Origin: Barthelona sp. PAP020
Lineage: Eukaryota
Direction of reading: 5' to 3'
NCBI GenBank assembly: GCA_040182905.1
Contig: JARQWU010000058.1
Span: 1-45,445 of the forward strand
Length of the DNA: 45,445 nucleotides
How positions within the stretch are numbered: position 1 is the first letter of the stretch; each line of letters starts with the position of its first letter. Position numbers and translations under genes: made by a program. Shown piece by piece: positions 34,868 through 43,031 of the stretch. Below the pieces are notes generated by a model. The model did not search any database. It was not told where the DNA came from and saw only the letters and a program-made list of their open reading frames with translations.

Positions 34868-35560
34868 TCAAATAGTTTGAAACACAACGTAACCGCGAGA
34901 TTTTTTTGTTGACGAATCCACCAATCCCATGGCATTGTATAATTTATCAATGGGAATAAAATATGGACTATAGTTGACATTGACATCATAAACCAATACT
35001 TGGTCTAGATATGGAATATAACCAGCAATAGGACTAAAATGACCAACATTAACGCCAAACAATTCTTGTCGACCAAAATTGATGCCAATATAAATAGTTG
35101 GATCTTTCATCATTGAAAGTAAATTTCTTTTAAAATCTTCAAAAAGAAAATTAACATCAGGTTCAGCTCTATCCCACAACAATACATATTTTCTGGCTAA
35201 AAGGCGATAATTTATTTGTGAAAATTTTCTTAAAGTTATGCCTTGTTTTGATACTTCTTCTTTCGTAACTATGTCATTAATATCCTCAAAAATGTTTTCT
35301 TGATTGTATTTGGTTTCATCCCCATGCATTATGTTTTGAAGAATAACAGATGTTGCAATTCCACAATGATTCTTTTCTTGAGGGACATAATATTGTTGAA
35401 TCTTTTGTAATTGGACATTATGCAGTGATTTCAGCCATTTTGTTCCCAAAGTTGAGTTAGTCCAAGTAACATATTCGGCAACCTTGTTAATTTGAGCTTG
35501 TATTTGTATTAATGATATTAAATATATAATAAATACCAAACTATATCGATTCAATAACAT
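34868..35560 (-). CDS. Phytochelatin synthase family protein, catalytic domain only, with signal peptide
   Basis: Cys-His-Asp triad in HCGIATS, GHFSPIAGY and VLVYDV; also GITL and AM..VDSSTKKSRGYV; hydrophobic N-terminus. Confidence 0.92.
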   Translation of the reverse strand: MLLNRYSLVFIIYLISLIQIQAQINKVAEYVTWTNSTLGTKWLKSLHNVQLQKIQQYYVPQEKNHCGIATSVILQNIMHGDETKYNQENIFEDINDIVTKEEVSKQGITLRKFSQINYRLLARKYVLLWDRAEPDVNFLFEDFKRNLLSMMKDPTIYIGINFGRQELFGVNVGHFSPIAGYIPYLDQVLVYDVNVNYSPYFIPIDKLYNAMGLVDSSTKKSRGYVVFQTI

Positions 35561-35919
35561 ATCTAATCAAAAAATAAAAAAGTTTCCAAATCAATCTTTT
35601 TGAGACAACAATCAATCCCAAATAAAAAAGTACAAAACGATATTATTTATTTAACTTGTTGATGAAATTATGTGTTTATTTCAAAAATAATGGCAATACT
35701 CTTTTGCAAAGAACTATTTTCTGGAAAAATTCTCTTCAATCAAAATTGTTTTATTTTATTGTCTAATTATCTGCGATGCACTTAACAATCATAAATCTTA
35801 ACAATGTTTATTAATGCAATCAAAAGAAAGGTTGAAAATTCGTTGATGTGATTGGTTCTTTGTGAAATCAACTCTTAATTCAATGTATAACAATAAAGCT
35901 GTTTGTAATTTTTTATGTA

Positions 35920-36135
35920 ATGAACAAAAGAGAGATTGTGTACTACATTTTTTTACTATTTGATGTAATTGCTATTTCAACATTTATATTAATTGTTATA
36001 CAGTCTTTTTGGTCTACAAAAGACAACTCAGAAATACAATATCAACCAATAGACTATAATCCAAACAATTTCAAAAACATTGACAAAGAAAAGGAAACAA
36101 CTCAATTAAATTCAATATCAGGACTTTTGGCCTGA
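35920..36135 (+). CDS. Small single-pass membrane protein, 71 aa (hypothetical)
   Basis: ATG start, about 24 hydrophobic residues then a polar tail; TGATTGG box upstream; overlaps the convergent gene by 34 nt. Confidence 0.45.
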   Translation: MNKREIVYYIFLLFDVIAISTFILIVIQSFWSTKDNSEIQYQPIDYNPNNFKNIDKEKETTQLNSISGLLA

Positions 36136-36782
36136 ATTAAATGTTTGGCAGCATTCAACATCATTGACGAACTGAGCATTTGACTTGGTTTCTGCTGGTC
36201 AATTTTTGTTTTTGTTTCATTTTTGTTTAAAAATTCTTGATGGGCTTCTAACCGTGCTTCAAAGTCATCTATTTCATTGTAAATTTGAATATCCTCTTCC
36301 ATTTCATCATCTGCGTCAAGTGCACCAATTGGATAAATGTGCTCATATTCTTTTGCATGAATCGGTTTAACTCCAGATATTTCACTAATAACCTGTGTCA
36401 CTGTTTTTTGATGTGCCAATCTATTTCTCAAAGCTTGTCTATTTTGTTGAACCCATAAATGATATAACTCCTCTTCCTCTTGCTTTGCCAATTTAGCTGC
36501 TAATTCTCTTCGAGCAATGATTTCTTCTCTCACTGGGTCTTTAAAAAGAGCTTGACGTTCGGCAGGAACACATTTTTCAGGTGCCAACCAATTTAAATAA
36601 GTTTTGGGTTGAACTTTGGTTGATCCTTTTTTCAATCCCTTAGTTTTTAACACTTTCGGTTGAGCGAATTCAATTTGATTGTTCATATTTTCAGATTCAG
36701 AAAACTCACTGATAAAATCATTCAATTGATCTATTTCTTTTTCAGTAGCTTGTTCATTGAATTGGATGAATTCTCCACTCAT
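36102..36782 (-). CDS. Hypothetical charged/helical protein, 226 aa
   Basis: Open ORF; ATG at 36782 follows a T-tract; no family recognised. Confidence 0.72.
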   Translation of the reverse strand: MSGEFIQFNEQATEKEIDQLNDFISEFSESENMNNQIEFAQPKVLKTKGLKKGSTKVQPKTYLNWLAPEKCVPAERQALFKDPVREEIIARRELAAKLAKQEEEELYHLWVQQNRQALRNRLAHQKTVTQVISEISGVKPIHAKEYEHIYPIGALDADDEMEEDIQIYNEIDDFEARLEAHQEFLNKNETKTKIDQQKPSQMLSSSMMLNAAKHLIQAKSPDIEFN

Positions 36783-36827
36783 TTCATTGATCAAAAAAAA
36801 AATTTGAAAAAAAAATATCAAACATTT

Positions 36828-37239
36828 TTATCTCAAAAAAGTATATACAAAACCTGCAGTGGCAATAAAGAAACAAGAACAACCTCCAAGACCCCAATAA
36901 AAAGCAGCTTCTCCAATTAATGCGCCTGAGGCTTTTAAGGAGAAAACAAAACCAAAAGCAGATATAAAAATAAATCCAGTGAGCCAGTCGCCAACTTTAG
37001 TTAAATTAATACTACAAAATTAGAAAAAACCGGAAAAAATTAACATACCCTTCGCCGAAATCATCGCTCTCATTGCAAAATAAAGATGGAACAACGCTAC
37101 ATATACCAAATATGAGAACAAATAATATTTGATAAATATGATATGAAAAAGCTGTATAAAGAGTTGCAATAATCCCAGCACCTGCCAAAACAGCAAGTGG
37201 AACAATCAATTTAGGTGATTTTTCCTCAGAAAAGTCCAT
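36828..37239 (-). CDS. VPS55: Vps55/LEPROT family 4-TM protein, 124 aa; exons 37239-37049 and 37011-36828
   Basis: Spliced product MDFSEEKSPKLIVPLAVLAGAG...VPSLFCNESDDFGEG/INLTKVGDWLTGFIFISAFGFVFSL...GLGGCSCFFIATAGFVYTFLR* fits Vps55 size, topology and the xLTG motif. Confidence 0.85.
37012..37048 (-). other. 37-nt spliceosomal intron in Vps55
   Basis: GTATGT...TTCTAATTTTGTAG on the minus strand; removal restores the frame. Confidence 0.9.
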
Positions 37240-37379
37240 TACACACAAAAAAAAAATGAGTAAAGAAACTTGTGTTTCTCTTGGAAAGCATGAAAAAAGA
37301 AAATTGTCAAAAACAAAGACTAAACATTCATTTATGTATCTGCACGAACGTATCTATGGTGAAATAATAATAAATACAA

Positions 37380-38114
37380 TTATAAAGAATTTGGAGAAAC
37401 AATATTTGACAGTTCTTCCATATCATTGTTACTTTCATTTAAAGGAATGATTTGTTCATCAACAATTTTGGAAATTTGTGGTTCTTTGTCGTTTCCAAGA
37501 GATCGAATCATAGAAAGAACTGGATTTAAAATCATTAACAAATCTGTTTGATATACTCCAAAAGCAAAAATAACACAACCAACAAAAAATAAAAACAACA
37601 ACCCAAATTTAATATCAGTTGACCTGTAACTCTTGAACTTGTAACTTAAAGTAAAACTCAAATCTGAAGGAATTTGTCTTTCTGAAATCAAATGATAATT
37701 TGGTTCTGTTTCAATACGAACGATTTTGCCTTCATGAGTGTGAAACGTCACAATTAATTGATTCAAGAAAACAGCTTCATAGCCAAAGTCCTTGTGTAAT
37801 CCTTGAATTAAAATCATGGGAGTTTGATGAATAGAATCAAAGCTAAAAGTGCCTCTGATAAAATGTTCCGCAGGTGAAAAATCACTGAAGGAGTCAAGTT
37901 GTTGACGAACTTCTTGTGGTAATTTGAAATGAACAGTTTGTGTTAATCCAAATTTAGGTGCAAAAAGGCCAGAAACCAGTTGGGGAGTGGTTTTCTGTTG
38001 AAAATTAACTTGATAAGAATCTTTCATTACAATAGCTCGATGATTTTGTCTGCACGAAACAAAAGACAAACAAACAAAGTACACAATTAATAAAAATACA
38101 TTCGAACGCTGCAT
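37380..38114 (-). CDS. Type I membrane protein resembling the plant NPU (At3g51610) family
   Basis: Signal peptide, lumenal domain (GLFAPKFG) and a YKF...DIKFGLLFLF TM segment that recalls NPU-family YTW...DVxSGFYVLF. The comparison is from memory. Confidence 0.55.
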   Translation of the reverse strand: MQRSNVFLLIVYFVCLSFVSCRQNHRAIVMKDSYQVNFQQKTTPQLVSGLFAPKFGLTQTVHFKLPQEVRQQLDSFSDFSPAEHFIRGTFSFDSIHQTPMILIQGLHKDFGYEAVFLNQLIVTFHTHEGKIVRIETEPNYHLISERQIPSDLSFTLSYKFKSYRSTDIKFGLLFLFFVGCVIFAFGVYQTDLLMILNPVLSMIRSLGNDKEPQISKIVDEQIIPLNESNNDMEELSNIVSPNSL

Positions 38115-38159
38115 TTTGAGAAAATAAAAAAAGTGGTCTCCTCACTTCATTTTTTTTTC

Positions 38160-39119
38160 ATGCAAATTCAAAAGCAAAAATCTCATAGTCAACCTACAGA
38201 AAGTGATTTTTCTACTGTTGATTCTATTGGAGTTATTTCGAGAGTAGTTGGTTTCTCTATTGGTACTATATTGGGAATTATATCCAATCCTTTTAATATT
38301 TCAATTGTATATTCGTTATTACCAGAAAAAGCCCACAATGACCTTCTTTTAATGTTGATTGGATTGACATTTTGTTATCTATCTGAATTTTTGTTTTATT
38401 ATCAAATTCGAAGGTATATGTTTTATATTATCAATAAAAAATATCCATGTGTTAGACCAATTTCAGGATTAACTGAAATATTTTCTGGATTGGCTGAATT
38501 TGGTCAAAGTCAAGTTGTACATATGGGTAGTTCAGTAATGACTTTAATGTATTTCGGTAATAGACTTGGTTTCACAATGATGTTTCCCATGCTTGCTGTT
38601 TCATTTTTAGTTTTTATACCAAGTTGGATTTTTTCTTTCTATTGGCAGTATCAAACTTTATTGAGAGCCCAATTAGATCGTATTAAGGCATTGAGAAGGA
38701 AAAAATTAGTTCAAACAAAACAATTGATGAGAGATGGACTTGTTTTCATGGGAGCATCTTTAGGTATTGGTGTTGTTGTCGTGTACAATTATTCATCCAT
38801 TATAAAGTATTTCCAACCATACATATCACCAATATTTGGGAGGATGATTCAGTTTATCCAACTAACAAACCGTATAGGTACTCAAGGAGCTATGGAGAAT
38901 CTTCATTTCTTCTTTAAATCTCCTTTTGTTATTGTGTTACCAGAACTTATTTTGAGACTTGTTTTGTTAATCATTCTTAGATTTACAGTTTACAGACGTA
39001 TCAACAAGTTGATTTATGAGCCTGATACCATTGATGAATCTGACATGTTGGTAGTTGAAGACATAAAAGAAATCAATACCAAAGATGATGCGGTTGCAGA
39101 AGAAAGTGTTGTAGAATAG
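38160..39119 (+). CDS. Hypothetical multi-pass membrane protein, 319 aa
   Basis: Open ORF with about 5-6 hydrophobic segments; ATG at 38160. Confidence 0.75.
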   Translation: MQIQKQKSHSQPTESDFSTVDSIGVISRVVGFSIGTILGIISNPFNISIVYSLLPEKAHNDLLLMLIGLTFCYLSEFLFYYQIRRYMFYIINKKYPCVRPISGLTEIFSGLAEFGQSQVVHMGSSVMTLMYFGNRLGFTMMFPMLAVSFLVFIPSWIFSFYWQYQTLLRAQLDRIKALRRKKLVQTKQLMRDGLVFMGASLGIGVVVVYNYSSIIKYFQPYISPIFGRMIQFIQLTNRIGTQGAMENLHFFFKSPFVIVLPELILRLVLLIILRFTVYRRINKLIYEPDTIDESDMLVVEDIKEINTKDDAVAEESVVE

Positions 39120-39495
39120 CAATGTGTATAAATTTATGAACAATAAAGCAAGTGTTTTTTTATTGTATGGTGTAATTGAAAAAAGTGAGGTTTTGAAAAT
39201 GAACAAAAACACTCTTTTTCAATTCTCAAGAGGATGGCTCATTTTTGAGAGATGTTTTCATTTTACAATTTTCATTTAACAAAGAGAATGAATATAAACA
39301 TATTTTTTAAAGGTTTTGGAAGTAAATTACAAATGATATAAAAGTGCAAATCTTAATCAAAGGCTTTTCAATAAAAATTCCACAATCCTTTGTATGAATA
39401 ATGTATTATTATTCTTTTTATGAACTTCAAATGAGAAAATATGGCAAAAATAACCAAATTTTTGTGAAACATCAGAAAACAGGGAAAAATAAAAT

Positions 39496-40926
39496 CTATT
39501 CACATTTATCCTTTATTATTTCCATTAAGTTGCCTCCATTTTCAGAATTAATATCAACCAAATCCCAAATGAGGTCATGGATTACATTATACTCACCCTC
39601 AGTCAAACATAAACCAGCCCACACCAATTGCCTAATAAATTGAGAATGTTTCTCAGTTTCAATTAAATGACAATTAATCAATGAACCTAGTAAATTGTTT
39701 TTTCTTTTGCTATATGCTACAAATATATCAATAAAACCATTGTTACCCATTCCTTCTTGAAGTATTTCCATTAATTCTTCCCTTTTGATAAAATTATTTT
39801 CAATTTCAACAATTTCAAAGCAATCAATAACAAAGGGATAATATCCTCCAGAAAACAAAAAATTATTTTTAAACATGATATGTAAGGCAGAAAAACCTTC
39901 AATTACTTGAAGCGGAATATTATCACATTGAACATTCCACAAATAAATACAATTATTCATGCTGCATGTGATTATTCGGTTAAAATCAAAAAATTTCCCA
40001 TCCATCACTTGAGCTGGATGTTTAAAGCACTTTAAGCATTCACCGTCTTCAACATTCCACAACCTTGCAGTTTTGTCTTCAGAGCAACTTAAAATATGGG
40101 TACCATCTGAACATAAATCAACCGATCTGACCAAATGGTCATGAGAATAGAATTGTTGAATAACACGCAAATCATTTGCATCACAAACCAGCGGTACTTT
40201 GCATACTCTTGCCACAGCTATTATTTGTTCGTCATCCGACAATTTAAGACCAAAAACATATTTAATTGGAAATTCATTAGATGAACAAACATTGATATAC
40301 TTTATACAAATTAAAGAAGAATCAATCACTGAAAATTGCCATTTTTTAAGAAACCCACGTTTATCACAAGTGAAAAATATGGGTTGACTTTTATAACAAC
40401 AAATGTCAAAAATTCCACCGTTATTTGAGGTTTCATTCAATATTGAACAAGTTTCATAATTGTAAACAACAATTTTATAATCACAACCAATAATAAGAAT
40501 TGAATCATTCAAAAATTTCATGGTATTGATGATACCATTTAAAACTATAAAATTTTCTTGTATTATTTCCAATTTGTTGATATCAAAAATAGAAATAGAA
40601 GAACCAAATGAAATCAACATCAAATTTACTGATGGAACAGAACATAAATAATAAATACGGTTAGGTTTAGGTTCTATATATACTTGTTTTGTTAATATTA
40701 ATTCATGGGATAAAAAAATCTCATCAACATTTTTGATTGTCCTCAAACAATCAAAAAACAACTCGTATTCTCTAATTTCAAGGAAATATTTCACTAAATA
40801 ATATACATCTTTTTCTTTTTCAAAAATATCAACAATTGCACTGAAATTTTGTTCGTTCAAAAGAGATTTCACATTTTCCAAAAGATATTGCTTCTTCTTT
40901 TGTGTATCAGAAAAGATATTCATCAT
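39496..40926 (-). CDS. WD40-repeat protein with the same conserved C-terminal domain as the 2289-3478 pseudogene
   Basis: HDHLVRSVDLCSDGTHILSCSEDKTARLWNV and IITCSMNNCIYLWNV; C-terminus IRQLVWAGLCLTEGEYNVIHDLIWDLVDINSENGGN. Confidence 0.9.
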   Translation of the reverse strand: MMNIFSDTQKKKQYLLENVKSLLNEQNFSAIVDIFEKEKDVYYLVKYFLEIREYELFFDCLRTIKNVDEIFLSHELILTKQVYIEPKPNRIYYLCSVPSVNLMLISFGSSISIFDINKLEIIQENFIVLNGIINTMKFLNDSILIIGCDYKIVVYNYETCSILNETSNNGGIFDICCYKSQPIFFTCDKRGFLKKWQFSVIDSSLICIKYINVCSSNEFPIKYVFGLKLSDDEQIIAVARVCKVPLVCDANDLRVIQQFYSHDHLVRSVDLCSDGTHILSCSEDKTARLWNVEDGECLKCFKHPAQVMDGKFFDFNRIITCSMNNCIYLWNVQCDNIPLQVIEGFSALHIMFKNNFLFSGGYYPFVIDCFEIVEIENNFIKREELMEILQEGMGNNGFIDIFVAYSKRKNNLLGSLINCHLIETEKHSQFIRQLVWAGLCLTEGEYNVIHDLIWDLVDINSENGGNLMEIIKDKCE

Positions 40927-41063
40927 TCATTATTAATAAATTCAAAAAAAAAATTTTGACAAGAAAAGAAAAAAAAAAAAGCAAAAATTTGGTTTATTTA
41001 CACGTAGTTTCACTCATTTTCAAATCAAAAATCAAAAATCAAAACAATGAAATTATTTGAATA

Positions 41064-42755
41064 TCACTCATCGGTGACTTTGGCACCACGAACAAAACCA
41101 TCCTCATCAACTACTTTTTCAATATCTTTTGAATTAAGATTTTCAGAAGCTTCTGCATTGTAAAATGGAACTAAAATGTCTCTAACAAGTCCAACTTTTC
41201 TGGCTTTTGCCATTATTTCTTCATGGAACTTTTTCAATTCATCTTCAAATCTTGTTAATTCCTCGGTTCTTCTGTTCAAAGAATTTTCTTTCATTTCCAA
41301 ACGCTTGAACTTCAAATCATACTGTTCAGACACATTTGCCTTTTCTTTAGTTTCATTCAATTGTTTTTGTAACATGTTAATCTCTTCATCCTTCAGTGCA
41401 ACAGAAGACCTTAATTCTTCAATTTCTTGTTCCTTGGCAATATTATCTGTTTGTAATTCATCAATTGATAAGTTTAACGAGGTTGACATTTCATTGAACT
41501 CATTTTCTTTTATTGACAATCTTGTTTTCGTTTCTTCAACTTCTTTATCCTTAATTGTTATTTGTGAATTTAACTCTTCATTAATACTTTCGATTCTGAT
41601 TATTTTTTCATGCAGAAGAATCCAATCATGGAAAACAGATGCACCTCTTAAAAATTCAACTTTATCTAACATGTTTAATAAGAACAAATATTTAAATAAT
41701 ACAGCAACAATGTCTCTACTTGAACTACTACTGAAAAACATTTCAAATTGCTCATTATCACTGAGAAAAACCCCATCATCACCTTGAATAATTCTCTTTA
41801 AGGTGTTAAAAGGCAATTCTTTCCTGAATTTAGTTGTTTGAAGAGTGATAGATGTATCACAGAAGACAATAATTCCATTCTCGTTATCATCTTGAATCTT
41901 TATAGGATATACTAATTTATTCCATGCAGGCAATTCATATATTCTTTCAATGAATTGTCTTTTTGCAGCAATTTCATTCACACCACTTTTCACTAAAGCG
42001 CTATATATTTTTTCCACTCGATTCAACAAATCAGGTATTGTATTGTCTCCTTTGAAACAGCTTTCAGGTAAACAATCTTCCAGAACAAAATTATCCTTCA
42101 AAATTATCTTTTCCAAAGCAGTTAACTTAATTAGCTCTTCAACCATTATTTCTCCCAATGCTCCACTGACTAATCTTTCCCTTTCTTCCAAATAAAGCAA
42201 AGATAAAGGTTGACCACTCAAATTTTTATAACCTTCTTTATTTATATAACACACTCTTCTTAATTCTAATTTACTTTCAACAGGAATATCTTGTAAAACC
42301 AAAGGAACTTGTTCATTTAACCATTCATAACCTTTAGATGTCACAACTCTCACCGAAAATTCATGAATAAGCTCATCAGGGATACCAGTTTTTCTTGAAA
42401 AATTATTCATATTTTCAACAAGGGGAGAATTTAAATCAATCAATATTGATCTAAAAGTATTATCAACCAATCCAGCTGAAAAAGGAACCATTTTTTTACT
42501 TAAATCAATTATATCATCTGATCTAATTTGTTGTTCAAATGGTGTTTTTGTAAAATCCAAAAATTCTATGGTTGCAGGACTTACTTGATATAATAAATAA
42601 TAATCTTCAATGGAACTAAAAGAAAACTTATTTTCTTCGGCAATTAAACGAAAGTTATCTTCAAAAGTCTCAAAGACATTTAAGGTAATTTGCCTAAATT
42701 CAGTCTCATCTGGTATTCGTAATCGAACCCTAATGAATGCTGAAGTATTGTTCAT
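41064..42755 (-). CDS. Talin-type FERM head (F0-F3) plus C-terminal coiled coil, 563 aa
   Basis: IRSDDIIDLSKKMVP, LVDNTFRSILID, WLNEQVPLVLQDI..LELRR, LSLLYLEERERLVSG and EIAAKRQFIERIYELPAW parallel the talin head; heptad-rich tail. Confidence 0.75.
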   Translation of the reverse strand: MNNTSAFIRVRLRIPDETEFRQITLNVFETFEDNFRLIAEENKFSFSSIEDYYLLYQVSPATIEFLDFTKTPFEQQIRSDDIIDLSKKMVPFSAGLVDNTFRSILIDLNSPLVENMNNFSRKTGIPDELIHEFSVRVVTSKGYEWLNEQVPLVLQDIPVESKLELRRVCYINKEGYKNLSGQPLSLLYLEERERLVSGALGEIMVEELIKLTALEKIILKDNFVLEDCLPESCFKGDNTIPDLLNRVEKIYSALVKSGVNEIAAKRQFIERIYELPAWNKLVYPIKIQDDNENGIIVFCDTSITLQTTKFRKELPFNTLKRIIQGDDGVFLSDNEQFEMFFSSSSSRDIVAVLFKYLFLLNMLDKVEFLRGASVFHDWILLHEKIIRIESINEELNSQITIKDKEVEETKTRLSIKENEFNEMSTSLNLSIDELQTDNIAKEQEIEELRSSVALKDEEINMLQKQLNETKEKANVSEQYDLKFKRLEMKENSLNRRTEELTRFEDELKKFHEEIMAKARKVGLVRDILVPFYNAEASENLNSKDIEKVVDEDGFVRGAKVTDE

Positions 42756-43031
42756 ATTTCTTCAAAAACAAAAACAAATATAAATATTTTTTCAAAAAAG
42801 AAGAGATTTAAAGATTGCATAATCTTTTTTTCAAAGAAAATTTATGGTCATATATTCAATATTTGAATAGAATGCACAATAAATACCATTAGTTTAATAA
42901 AAAAATCATTGAAAAATGAAGTTTACAATGTTTTCCACGCGGAAAATAAAAAGAGGTTTTTCAATAAAATAATGACTAATGTGATAAGAATTCGTGTATT
43001 ATAATGTTTTCTTTTGTTCTTCCATCTCTCA

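Noticed and set aside
41022..41044. (ATCAAAA)x3 tandem
   Set aside because: Low-complexity slippage with no spacers; not an array.
41176..41787. 203-aa antisense ORF and the other short nested ORFs in the track
   Set aside because: They are shadows of real genes (S/F/L-rich antisense of E/K codons) with no motifs.
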